Source of the DNA: an archaeon
GTDB lineage: Archaea > Asgardarchaeota > Thorarchaeia > Thorarchaeales > Thorarchaeaceae
Length of the DNA stretch: 32,000 bases
Assembly: GCA_024275415.1 (NCBI GenBank)
Contig: JAJRZD010000042.1
Location: 30,001 to 62,000, forward strand
Reading direction: 5' to 3'
The notes beneath the pieces were generated by a model that saw only the letters and a program-made list of their open reading frames with translations, was not told the origin of the DNA and did not search any database. This document shows positions 10,110 to 19,518 of the stretch, one piece after another. The position numbers were made by a program, and so were the translations under genes. The first letter of the stretch is position 1, and each line of letters starts with the position of its first letter.

Positions 10110-11873
10110 TCAAATGACATGTTTCTCCTTTTTCTTCTTTGTACCTTTCGACGCATACCGTTCTTTGTCTTTCTTGAAGATTTTGTCAAATTTGGGAATC
10201 TTTACAGGTAGAGGCAGTTCCCGGTAAGAAGCGGTCACTATCGCCTCCCCACGGGACATCACGTGGAACTCCTCCTCAAACCCTGAGATATTCACACTTG
10301 CATTTTCAATACAAGCACGAATCTCTTTCTCATTCCCAAGACGTAGATTAATCTCTGTATTCATCTGTGAAAGAATCACATTGTCCAAGACGCTGACCTG
10401 CTGACTGACTACAAGAAGTCCGATATGGAACTTTCGTCCCTGTCTTGAGATGTCCTTGAAGACCGATTGTCCTCGCATCAGCTCAGGGTTCAAGATGGAG
10501 GGTGCTTCTTCCACAGTGATTAGGATTACTGGAAGGTCTCGTGGATCCTTTGTAGGCGAGCTATCATTATTCCCAGATGCCCCATAGAAGCTTCGTGCTT
10601 TAGCCTTGATGCGACTAAAGAAGGGCCTTGGGAGCCTTATCTCAGCTTGTCTGTCAAAGTCGCCAAGAGTGCCACTGCTTTTCAACGCCCTGCGCAAGTC
10701 CGAGAGCGTCCTAGTCACAATCGTGGTCAGGAGGAACTGCTCTCTGTCACTCATCAGACTTGTATTGACCACAAGGATGCGTCCGGTTTCCATTGCCTCA
10801 AAGATATGGTCAAGAACCGATGAACATTGCTCCTCAAAGATAGGACTTCGTTCTAGGAACCGGAGCCGTCGCTGTACTGCTCTGAGTGTGCCAACAGGAG
10901 TGCCATGTGGGTCTCCGTCCATTGACAAGATATCGGATATCCAATTCTCGCGAGCAGAACCATATACAGCATCTATAAACGATGCCATCGGTGGGGAGAA
11001 CTCCATAATGGAGTACAGGTCACGGGGCAAAATCTCATCCCATCGTATGCGAATGTCTTTGCCATATCTCTGTATTTCCCTTGGTGTTGCGGAAAGGGAT
11101 GTTGTTAGATAATAGAAATTACCAAGCACTTGTTGACGTGTGGTGGCATCCATCATCTCGACAATATCTTGGATACCGTACGTATCAGTGCCCTTCGCAA
11201 ACTCATCATGAGGATCGATGCAAAAGGCAGACACCTTGCAGGCGTCATTCAACTGACCTTGGTTGATGGCAAGATTCGTGTCAATCATCGACTTGATTAG
11301 AACCATCATCAGATTGCTTTTTCCAGAACCTGTCGAACCAAAGATTCCAAGGTGCATTGGAAAGAACTTCGTAGGAATCATAATGGGGACATCGAGTGAA
11401 TCCTCTCCAATTTGGAGGTCGCCTACGTAAATCTCACCACCTATCTGGTCTTCAAGCATTTGTTGGACATTTGAGTCTGAAGTGCCAGGACGCGGACGAT
11501 ATACATCTGCAAGATGGTCTGGAAGTCTGCGCGGAGAATGGAATTTCCATGTGCCATCGTCCTTTTCCGCATAGCCAAGCATCTTGCCTGCGACGTAGAG
11601 GAGCATGTTTCGCTCAATGCCCGAAAGATACGAGTCACCCTCTACCATCAATGTGCTAGCGATCTGAGCCATATCATCAATCTGTCGCAAATAGTTCTCA
11701 AGACCTAGAACCCTAAAGAAGAAGACACGTTCGTGCCCATCGCGACAGCTGTAGATCAGGAAAATCTCACCCACACTGACATCGCGGTTATTCCCCATGA
11801 TGCCGAGCAGGGTCTGGTTTCCAACACCAACCTTGCCATAGAGTTCACCAAGTTCGTCCTTTTTCAATGTCAT
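10110..11873 (-). CDS. herA: HerA DNA translocase/helicase
   Basis: N-terminal HAS-barrel-like region, HLGIFGSTGSGKSN Walker A, VEEA Walker B, ISRQGRKF.IGLLVVSQ; operon context. Confidence 0.92.
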   Translation of the reverse strand: MTLKKDELGELYGKVGVGNQTLLGIMGNNRDVSVGEIFLIYSCRDGHERVFFFRVLGLENYLRQIDDMAQIASTLMVEGDSYLSGIERNMLLYVAGKMLGYAEKDDGTWKFHSPRRLPDHLADVYRPRPGTSDSNVQQMLEDQIGGEIYVGDLQIGEDSLDVPIMIPTKFFPMHLGIFGSTGSGKSNLMMVLIKSMIDTNLAINQGQLNDACKVSAFCIDPHDEFAKGTDTYGIQDIVEMMDATTRQQVLGNFYYLTTSLSATPREIQRYGKDIRIRWDEILPRDLYSIMEFSPPMASFIDAVYGSARENWISDILSMDGDPHGTPVGTLRAVQRRLRFLERSPIFEEQCSSVLDHIFEAMETGRILVVNTSLMSDREQFLLTTIVTRTLSDLRRALKSSGTLGDFDRQAEIRLPRPFFSRIKAKARSFYGASGNNDSSPTKDPRDLPVILITVEEAPSILNPELMRGQSVFKDISRQGRKFHIGLLVVSQQVSVLDNVILSQMNTEINLRLGNEKEIRACIENASVNISGFEEEFHVMSRGEAIVTASYRELPLPVKIPKFDKIFKKDKERYASKGTKKKKEKHVI

Positions 11874-11889
11874 CAGATTTCCTCCGTGT

Positions 11890-13233
11890 TCATACTCCTA
11901 AATCATCTCGTAATGGGTTGATTCGCTTAGGGTCATACCCCAGCTCGTGATACACATCTTTTGCAATCGCACGCGCTAGACGTACATCCTCATAACTGAC
12001 CCGACATGCCTCATGTGCCAGAGCAAGCGCCACTGGATATCCATAGTATCGTGCATCCCTAGAAATGAATTCCAGTTCTGAGAAGAGCCTGATCTCATTC
12101 TCCCGAGTTGTTTCCGGGTCATTTGGCACGAAGATATTCTCCAACCACCAGACCCTGTCAAAGTCAATCCTTGAGGGTCTGTTGTCGCTGGAAAAACTGA
12201 AGAGATAGGGCACTGCAAGGACAGGAGGGATATATGTGCGATCCTCATAGATATGAAGACCACCGCCTGGTTCATGTTTGCTGGGAAGCAGGCAGAACCA
12301 TTTCATGCCATCACCAAACTTCTCATTTGCCATCTTAGCGATTCTATGAGCAAATGGAATAGTATGATTCTTGCTTACTGCTGCCAGTGTCACTCCGTTC
12401 TTTCGTGCTAATTGACACAGCTCTCTAAGGATGAACCCGCTAGGCATTGAGGGATACTTCCGTACGAAATGCAAGAAGATAGAAAGAGCGCCATCAAGCA
12501 GCAGGTATTTGGGCCTCAACTTGCTAGTCAGTATGTTTCGAGCCGCTGCATATTCCATGACAACCCTGAGTTCATCATGGACAATTGGGTTTGTGAGAAG
12601 CTGTTCGCGAGATATCAACCCTTCCATACTTTTCAGGTCTGGGACATATTTGTGATACTCGACCGATTTGACAAGATCCTTCAGACTACTAATACTCCCA
12701 TTCGTATGGTCAATGAAGAACGGAAGCACGACCTCAGAAATGTCATTGATCGGATATATCTGCTCCAATGACTCAGCTAACTTCTTCTTGGCATCACCAC
12801 GGACACCTGTGTGCCAATGTAGCTCGAGGAGAGGTTGTTCGCCGAGTTCTGCCTCTATAACGGGCCTATCTAGAGGTTCGAGCAAACGACCTGTGCGAGT
12901 TCCAGTAGATAGAACTATTGTGGCCGAACTTAGAAGATGAACGCGGATATCATCAAGGGTTGTCAGATCGGGTGTGCCAGACCCGTCAATTGCGGCGACA
13001 AGAAAATCTTCATCAATCTGTGGGTTCTTTGGGTAGCAATCAATTTGTGTAAGAAGGTCGTTCATAATTCGTCGCTTGTCTTTCGCAAACTCCTCCTCAG
13101 TTCGCTTATCCTGTTGATTCTTGATATCCTTGAAGGTATACTCCAGTTTCTTCCGGAAGTCCTCTGTAAGGATTCGTTCTAGCATGATACCCCTCTTTGT
13201 CAGTTTAAGAATAAGAAAGCTGATAGCTTTCAT
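11890..13233 (-). CDS. nurA: NurA 5'-3' nuclease
   Basis: AAIDGS, LLLDGAL, GYPVALALAHE motifs; first gene of the operon. ATG 13185 (MLERI, preceded by GAGGG) is a likely true start. Confidence 0.9.
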   Translation of the reverse strand: MKAISFLILKLTKRGIMLERILTEDFRKKLEYTFKDIKNQQDKRTEEEFAKDKRRIMNDLLTQIDCYPKNPQIDEDFLVAAIDGSGTPDLTTLDDIRVHLLSSATIVLSTGTRTGRLLEPLDRPVIEAELGEQPLLELHWHTGVRGDAKKKLAESLEQIYPINDISEVVLPFFIDHTNGSISSLKDLVKSVEYHKYVPDLKSMEGLISREQLLTNPIVHDELRVVMEYAAARNILTSKLRPKYLLLDGALSIFLHFVRKYPSMPSGFILRELCQLARKNGVTLAAVSKNHTIPFAHRIAKMANEKFGDGMKWFCLLPSKHEPGGGLHIYEDRTYIPPVLAVPYLFSFSSDNRPSRIDFDRVWWLENIFVPNDPETTRENEIRLFSELEFISRDARYYGYPVALALAHEACRVSYEDVRLARAIAKDVYHELGYDPKRINPLRDDLGV

Positions 13234-13371
13234 AACAACTTACGGACTAGATAATAAAAACATAGCACTCGGAATAGTCGAGAGAAGGGATTGATTCAAA
13301 CCGTCGTCGGTGCATTGGATGCAGTGGAAAAGCGAATTGAAACCTGTTTTTGTCTGTCGATGGCAAATTAC

Positions 13372-13379
13372 TTTTTAAG
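13372..13379 (+). promoter_or_regulatory. Candidate TATA box for the MBL-fold gene
   Basis: TTTTTAAG in the divergent nurA/MBL intergenic region, ~38 nt before TTG 13417. Confidence 0.35.
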
Positions 13380-13416
13380 AAACGAATCAATGAAGAAGCA
13401 ATAGCGCATATCTGAC

Positions 13417-14148
13417 TTGTCGCTGTCAGAAGGGACTATGGGAAGTGGTTCATTGCTTAAAATGACTTACATGGGTCATACGACTTTCAGGTTTGAAACG
13501 GATGAAGTATCACTACTTGTCAACCCAGGAATCTGGGATGACGAGCCAGTTGTTCCTGCTGACCATGATGTAAGAGTCATTGCAGTGACAAATCATGTGA
13601 ATGATGCATTGGGCAATGCCACAGAGATTGCAGAAAATGCAAAGGCTTGGATACTCGGAAATGAAGCTACGATTCAGAAGGCACAGGCTCAAGGAGGGAA
13701 GCCGTGGCTACTCCATGTACTGCGATCGGAAACACCCTATGAGATTCCTGGGATGAAACTCACTCCTTTCTCACTCTCGAGGAACGATATTGAGAGAGGC
13801 GGGCGTTTCGAGAATCTCGGGTTCTATATCGAGATGGGAAAGATGAAAATTGCATACTTGGGTGATACCGTGGTAAGAGGTCCGTTCGGCCAACTTGAGA
13901 TCGATATCATGATCACCCCGATTGGGGGGAATGATGTCTTCGAAGTGAAGGATGCCACAAGCCTGTGTATCGATGCAAAGCCAAGAGTCGTCTTCCCGAT
14001 GAGATGGACCTCACCTGAACAACCAAAGAAGTTCATGCGCTATATTGACCAGTTCGGTCAAGGTACAAACGCCCTTGTTCTTGAACCGGGACAAGTGTTT
14101 CAGGCGGAATGGGCTGCCGGAAACGAATTCAGATACAAGGTAGACTGA
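13417..14148 (+). CDS. Metallo-beta-lactamase fold protein (UPF0173-like) with degenerate metal site
   Basis: YMGHTTF start, GDT, PIGG and PM.W landmarks of the family, but HxHxDH reads NHVNDA, IDP reads VNP and PMHY reads PMRW. Start may be ATG 13438. Confidence 0.8.
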   Translation: MSLSEGTMGSGSLLKMTYMGHTTFRFETDEVSLLVNPGIWDDEPVVPADHDVRVIAVTNHVNDALGNATEIAENAKAWILGNEATIQKAQAQGGKPWLLHVLRSETPYEIPGMKLTPFSLSRNDIERGGRFENLGFYIEMGKMKIAYLGDTVVRGPFGQLEIDIMITPIGGNDVFEVKDATSLCIDAKPRVVFPMRWTSPEQPKKFMRYIDQFGQGTNALVLEPGQVFQAEWAAGNEFRYKVD

Positions 14149-14220
14149 TATTATCAAATCCCGTTATCTAGATGACCAAACCATCATCTGGACAAGCATA
14201 GGATAAGAAGGTGACTCCTG

Positions 14221-16002
14221 TTGAGTGAACACAAATCGATAATAATTGATCTGGAAGAAACCGAAATAGCGAATCTCAGTGAGTTTGGAGATCTATCGAC
14301 AATCAAAACCACTGGCATATTGAGTGTGAACAATGTTTCGGAACGATGTAGGGTCTGGAACGTCAGGGTTTTGGTGCCTGATGAACGTGAGGGCACAGAT
14401 ATCCAAGAAGACACTCTTATTGCAGGGGAAATAGAAGCCGGTGGAAAATGGGAACACGCCTACACTGTAGATGTGAGTGCACCCATAGTCACGCTCACCG
14501 AAACGTATGATACATGTAGTGACTTTGGAGGTGATCTGCCGAATTGGGCATATGTCCACGGAAAAGAAACCAAAGTGAAGGTCACTCTGCATCTGAAAAA
14601 TGAAACAGATGCCCAGCTTGAGAATGTTATTTTAAACAAGACCATTCCTCCAGAGCTAACGAATGTCGAGATATCAAGTGTGAAGTCCGGCAACGCAGAG
14701 TATGATGAAGGAACCAGACAAGTGGTTTGGAGAGATCTGGTGATATATCCCAATGAAGAATCCACATTGGTATTGACAGGGATTAGTCGTGTGGATGATG
14801 TTGAGATCAGAAATGCCGGAGAGATTGTCGTTACCTACAAAGCGGAGAACCTTCAGAGATCATCACTCAAACCAGATATGACTGCCCTGACCGAGTTCCT
14901 GACAGGAATAGAAACAGCCGAAACCGAGCCAAACGAGTGGGAGTGTACCTTAGAATGCTCAAACGAAAGCGACCTCATGGTCAGGCTTGATAAAGCAGAG
15001 GTCTACCTGATTCCCGAGGATGGAGGCGAGAAAGTAAAGAAAATCGAGGAAGCCCCCGCATTGGAGATGATCCCTGGTCAAGAATGGTCTTCGACTTTTG
15101 AGGTCAGCAGCAAGTCACCACCAAAATGCACTCAAGAAGTGATATACACGCCCATGAATAGAGTCACTTCGCGTGTCATTGGAACCATTGAGAAGGCAGG
15201 TCAACCAATACCTGTTGCACATATCACATATACGAAGGTGTTCGATCCTCCCGAGGTGAACAGCTTTGACAAGACACCTGTCGAAGTTGATATCGAGGTG
15301 AAGAATGCAGGAACAGCCAAGCTGAATTCCATCAAAATCGTCGATAAATTACCTGACGATGTGATGCCTCCCAAGACAGAACATGTTTCTATCTGGGTAC
15401 GGGGCGAAGAATACACAGGCGAATTCAAAGTCACAGTTGATCCGGACGACCAAAATCCCGAAACCCCACATACAATGACATTTGAGATACTAAACCTAAA
15501 AGATACCGTAGGCGAGCTGGAGCCTGGCGAGTCGGTGAAAGTGAATTATGCGATTATGGCATGGAGAAGCAGACCTGAGAAGGAGTACCCGAGCCCTATC
15601 GAGATTTATGCAAATACTCATCCTGAAGGAGTCACCGCGGACGCCATCAGCGAGCCTGACACGCACAAGATCGGGATTCTCTATAAGAAGCGGAGGATTT
15701 CCGTAAAGAAGGCCATCAACAAGGGAGCGAACGCAGGAGAATACATCATCTTGTTGGTGGTCGAAAACAAGGGTGAGGTGACAGTCGAGAATGTTAAGGT
15801 CACTGATTGGATTCCATCCGCTTTTGAATATGTTTCGACTGACCCGATGGAGGAAGAGCCGAGTGTGACCGAGGTCGAGGACTGCTCGGCCATGACATGG
15901 ATTTGGACAAGGATGAACCCTGGAGATCAAAAGAAGCTACGGGTTTCGGTGAAAGGCGAAGGGGAATACGAACGCAGAGAGCCCGAAGTCGTATCAGACT
16001 GA
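14221..16002 (+). CDS. Acidic cytoplasmic multi-beta-sandwich protein: mu-homology-like N-terminal region plus DUF11-like Ig domains
   Basis: 593 aa, TTG start after AGGTGA. Three N..NV...D/T.LP...W..L.PGE-type repeats (~115-190, 333-450, 492-580). No signal peptide or TM segment. Confidence 0.7.
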   Translation: MSEHKSIIIDLEETEIANLSEFGDLSTIKTTGILSVNNVSERCRVWNVRVLVPDEREGTDIQEDTLIAGEIEAGGKWEHAYTVDVSAPIVTLTETYDTCSDFGGDLPNWAYVHGKETKVKVTLHLKNETDAQLENVILNKTIPPELTNVEISSVKSGNAEYDEGTRQVVWRDLVIYPNEESTLVLTGISRVDDVEIRNAGEIVVTYKAENLQRSSLKPDMTALTEFLTGIETAETEPNEWECTLECSNESDLMVRLDKAEVYLIPEDGGEKVKKIEEAPALEMIPGQEWSSTFEVSSKSPPKCTQEVIYTPMNRVTSRVIGTIEKAGQPIPVAHITYTKVFDPPEVNSFDKTPVEVDIEVKNAGTAKLNSIKIVDKLPDDVMPPKTEHVSIWVRGEEYTGEFKVTVDPDDQNPETPHTMTFEILNLKDTVGELEPGESVKVNYAIMAWRSRPEKEYPSPIEIYANTHPEGVTADAISEPDTHKIGILYKKRRISVKKAINKGANAGEYIILLVVENKGEVTVENVKVTDWIPSAFEYVSTDPMEEEPSVTEVEDCSAMTWIWTRMNPGDQKKLRVSVKGEGEYERREPEVVSD

Positions 16003-16011
16003 ATGTGAAGA

Positions 16012-16035
16012 AAGGGAGCTATGTATCGCTCCCTT
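16012..16035. terminator. Hairpin between convergent genes, possibly a bidirectional terminator
   Basis: Perfect 8-bp stem AAGGGAGC/GCTCCCTT with 8-nt loop, followed by a T-rich tract on the + strand. Confidence 0.55.
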
Positions 16036-16057
16036 CATGTTTCTTTGTTCCGCTGAA

Positions 16058-16423
16058 TTATGAAACAGTTTCTTCTTTTTCTATTTCTTGTAGCTCTTCT
16101 TCGATTTTCTTCAATTCTTCATCAATTACGTCCAGTGGCACAAAATCCCCAACCTCATCAGCAGGATGCGTGGCCAACGTGTAATGTACATTGAATCCGG
16201 ATAGTGTTTCGTGGAGAGCATTGGCAGTTTCAAGGATGGCAGTGGTCAAATCAGCACCACTCATTTCTCTTGTCGAATCATGATAGTACACAAAATCGTA
16301 AGCTCCACGCACGAGTGTGAATCCCATCTCGAGCAGTTTCTTGATTATTATGGCAGGGGACGCACCCTCGCTACTAAACCAGATTGATACGCGTGTCACG
16401 TATGACATATCTTCAGACCTCAT
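16058..16423 (-). CDS. Conserved small archaeal hypothetical protein with acidic helical tail
   Basis: WFSSEGA.P...L..MGF..V.G.YDFVY pattern recalled from uncharacterised archaeal proteins; last gene of the helicase-arcS-raSEA run. Confidence 0.65.
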   Translation of the reverse strand: MRSEDMSYVTRVSIWFSSEGASPAIIIKKLLEMGFTLVRGAYDFVYYHDSTREMSGADLTTAILETANALHETLSGFNVHYTLATHPADEVGDFVPLDVIDEELKKIEEELQEIEKEETVS

Positions 16424-16444
16424 TATCTAAGTAAAGGAACGCCA

Positions 16445-17581
16445 TTATGCTTTCGCTATAAGGCTTTTCAAGCGGTCTTTATGCCTATCAGTATGCACCA
16501 GTGATGAGAATTCCTCATGCTGAATGACATGTTCCCACTGCAACAGGCAATCACAGGACAGGTCATCAAGTACCGCGACTGATTGGGACAACGAGAATGA
16601 CTTGATCGAGTCTGCGATGATATTGTCGCATTTCCCGCAGTTGTGGACACCTCGCGATTTGCCTACGGCGACAGGGTCGCATATGATATTGATGTTCGAA
16701 TCAATCTCTTTACGGGCACGTTTCAGGAGTTCCACTAGGCTCCACAACCAAGGCGGCCTGAATTCGCCTCGATGCCATAGCCTCTCAACAAGAGTGTGTT
16801 TCTGTATATTGACGGGGTTCACTGATACCGTTGTAACACCCATCCTTTCACAGTCGAGAACCGTCTGCAATGCGTCATCCAATGCAGTCTTTTCAGATAG
16901 AAATGGTGGCTTCAATAAGACGTATGCCCGAACACCAATATCATTTTCACGCGCAACCCGAGTCGCATCCATGAAGTCCTGCTTGCTGAACCCCTTGTTG
17001 ATGCACAGTCTTCTGATATTATCGTTGCTGCTCTCAAGTCCGATACCTATCTCCACTCTCCGAGTTCCAAGAGCCCTTCTCAATGCCTCCATAGATTTGG
17101 ATGTGACATAGTCTGGACGGGATTCGATAACTACTTCCGTGACACGCTCATCTTTTGCCAACAACAACAGTATCTCTTCTCGGACTGGAATAGGAACCTC
17201 ATCGGGATCCAAGAAACTTCCACTAGTATACAGCTTCACTGAGAGGGGAGCCTGTTTTTTTTCAAGTTTTGACATTGCATTCTGAAACTGCTTAATTATC
17301 TGTTCACCAGAGGGGGGCGTTTCAGAGCCATCTAAGAGATAGGAACACATCGTACAACCGCCAGAGATTCCTCGGGCATGGCTACATCCAATTGTTGCCA
17401 ACACAATCGAAAGGGCAGTCCCATCCGTTCCTCCAATGCGTGTGGTCGAGAGCCATGCTGCGGCAGGCTGAGATAGATCCTTGCTCTTCCTTCGTTTAAT
17501 TGAGTCTTGCCGGGCATCCATTGATGCTCTGGCGATTGCTTCCTGTATCGATACTATATGGTCAGGGCACATAATCGTCAC
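16445..17581 (-). CDS. raSEA: Archaeosine biosynthesis radical SAM enzyme RaSEA
   Basis: GCSHARGISGGCTMC, KLYTSGSFLD..EVP, ESRP, GLESSND, YVLLKPPFL, FRPPWLWS, RG.HNCG.C; overlaps the arcS stop (GTGA). Confidence 0.92.
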   Translation of the reverse strand: MTIMCPDHIVSIQEAIARASMDARQDSIKRRKSKDLSQPAAAWLSTTRIGGTDGTALSIVLATIGCSHARGISGGCTMCSYLLDGSETPPSGEQIIKQFQNAMSKLEKKQAPLSVKLYTSGSFLDPDEVPIPVREEILLLLAKDERVTEVVIESRPDYVTSKSMEALRRALGTRRVEIGIGLESSNDNIRRLCINKGFSKQDFMDATRVARENDIGVRAYVLLKPPFLSEKTALDDALQTVLDCERMGVTTVSVNPVNIQKHTLVERLWHRGEFRPPWLWSLVELLKRARKEIDSNINIICDPVAVGKSRGVHNCGKCDNIIADSIKSFSLSQSVAVLDDLSCDCLLQWEHVIQHEEFSSLVHTDRHKDRLKSLIAKA

Positions 17582-19506
17582 TTCTCCTTGTGGCGGATTC
17601 GCACAGCAATCCCATTTGTGAAATCACACATCTCTTGTCCGCTCATCTCACTTCTGCCCACTCCAAGGACACGATCATTGGAATCAACCACAATGACTTC
17701 GTCACCAGGGCGGATTGCTGTGTCTGCCGAACTCACACCCACTGCGAATATGGAACTCCCTTCAATTTGAGGGGCATCGAACCTGACCCAGTAACGGCCC
17801 AAAGATGCCAGTCTTTTACCACCCTCGAGGGTCAGGGACAGACGACCATTTATACCGGAGTACAGACAGGTTTGTGCATTACTGACTCGACATATTATAG
17901 AGCCATATACCTTCCCACGTACGCTCGCATCAGACGGCGCCAAACAATCTCCTGCACCCTCTCCAAACATGAAATCAGCAGTAGCCCGAATCGTGTCCAG
18001 TAGAGTGCTGCGTTTTGGCAAGAGAGTGATGATGTCAAGCAAATCAGAGATGGTGTCTTTCAATGCTGCTAATGCAGTGTTACTTGTGGGGGATGCCTCG
18101 TGTGCTGTATAGATGATGCTTTGACGGATTTGAACCTCTGCTTGCCTGACGACATCAAGATAACCTCCTGATACATGAGCGATGACGACAACAGACTCAT
18201 CAAATTTGGAAAGATGCGTTACGAGAGCTTCAGCCGCAATCGTGGTTTCTTCAGCATCCCATTGCCCGGTCACTGGAATGTCATAATATCCGGCGGGGTA
18301 AATACGTTCCAGCTCTCTGGGAACCAGTCCCAATGGCGAAGTGATTATCGTTTCGGCCACAGCATCCCGTTTGTTACCAAGAATACGGTCAAGTACAGCG
18401 GAGAATCTACGATGTGACTTAGAGTCAGAATAGGGTTTTCTCGCAGAACAGGGGAACAATACGACTAGTTTCTTGTCATCAGAAGGCTTGTATCTGCGGG
18501 CAACAAACTCTCTGAAACGAATGACTGTGGGTGAATAATATGATTCTGTGCCGATGAAAGGAATCTTCGTCCCGACGTGATTGGGGGTGAACTCCTCAAG
18601 AAAAGAATACAGGGATGAATCGATTCTGCGAAGGAACGATGCTGCCTCTGGGCTTGCATGTGTCTTGGACTCCACAAACCACCGCAAGTTCCCATTGGCC
18701 GCAAAATGGATGGCTGAGGACAGTACCTGTGCATAGATGCTCGCATTGTGCTTCTCCAAGAGAGTTCGAGGGTCAGTGGATTCCTTCTCGGTTCCCATGC
18801 AATAGACACAGGAGCAATACCTCCGCTCGGATCCGAAACCTACAGGTTCTTCGTCCAGCCCCCACAGTCTGAGATTCCTACTGGCTGCTTCGAAGGCATA
18901 TCCAAAATCGATCACATCGAACCCGACATAGTACAAGAGCGGGAGCATGGAAGGGGGAATTCGCCCTAGTGCAATACACAAGACATTACGCGGGAGCATG
19001 GATCGTAGAGTGAGATTTCTGAGGTCAGGTGGCCCATTCTCACCATTGAAAGTGAAGGCAACAACGGTAATCTCAGATGCTTTGATGAGTTCGACCAACG
19101 CATGCATGTCAGAATCGGAGATGTTAGACGGGATTCGGATAGCGAAACAAGAGCGGTCAGATTGGTCACCAGGGATTGCAGGCAATTGAGCCCGAACGTA
19201 GTTGATACCTATTTCAGATGGCATTGCAGAGAGTCCTGTCATAGATGGAAGTAGATAGATCATGTTTGCTCTTTTGATATCGTAAGAGATTGCTCCTTCT
19301 TGAAATAAAGAACCTGTGCTGCACATGTAGAACCCACTAGTAGATTCATTCAGGGCTGATACAGTGCAATACTGGATCTTAGAGTATGCCGAAGAAGCAG
19401 GTCCAAGTAATGCGGGAGTTTCTAGTCTTTCTTCTGCAAAGTGAAGAAATCCTCGTCTTGCCGGACCGTCATGACCTTTACGTATCATAAAGCGTACCAA
19501 AATCAA
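17578..19506 (-). CDS. arcS: Archaeosine synthase alpha subunit ArcS (TGT-like + DUF5591 + PUA)
   Basis: DGPARRG start, Zn site CSCVYC...H, PCSARKPYSDSKSH, TSPLGLVPRELE..YP..YYDIPVTG.W, C-terminal PUA (IFAVGV..AD..IRPGDEV). TTG start with GGAGGT RBS. Confidence 0.92.
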   Translation of the reverse strand: MILVRFMIRKGHDGPARRGFLHFAEERLETPALLGPASSAYSKIQYCTVSALNESTSGFYMCSTGSLFQEGAISYDIKRANMIYLLPSMTGLSAMPSEIGINYVRAQLPAIPGDQSDRSCFAIRIPSNISDSDMHALVELIKASEITVVAFTFNGENGPPDLRNLTLRSMLPRNVLCIALGRIPPSMLPLLYYVGFDVIDFGYAFEAASRNLRLWGLDEEPVGFGSERRYCSCVYCMGTEKESTDPRTLLEKHNASIYAQVLSSAIHFAANGNLRWFVESKTHASPEAASFLRRIDSSLYSFLEEFTPNHVGTKIPFIGTESYYSPTVIRFREFVARRYKPSDDKKLVVLFPCSARKPYSDSKSHRRFSAVLDRILGNKRDAVAETIITSPLGLVPRELERIYPAGYYDIPVTGQWDAEETTIAAEALVTHLSKFDESVVVIAHVSGGYLDVVRQAEVQIRQSIIYTAHEASPTSNTALAALKDTISDLLDIITLLPKRSTLLDTIRATADFMFGEGAGDCLAPSDASVRGKVYGSIICRVSNAQTCLYSGINGRLSLTLEGGKRLASLGRYWVRFDAPQIEGSSIFAVGVSSADTAIRPGDEVIVVDSNDRVLGVGRSEMSGQEMCDFTNGIAVRIRHKEK

Positions 19507-19518
19507 GTACCTCCGTTC

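Noticed and set aside
6707-13233. HerA/NurA/SbcCD cluster as an anti-phage defence system
   Set aside because: It is the complete four-gene archaeal DSB-resection set in a core-GC context, best explained as housekeeping.
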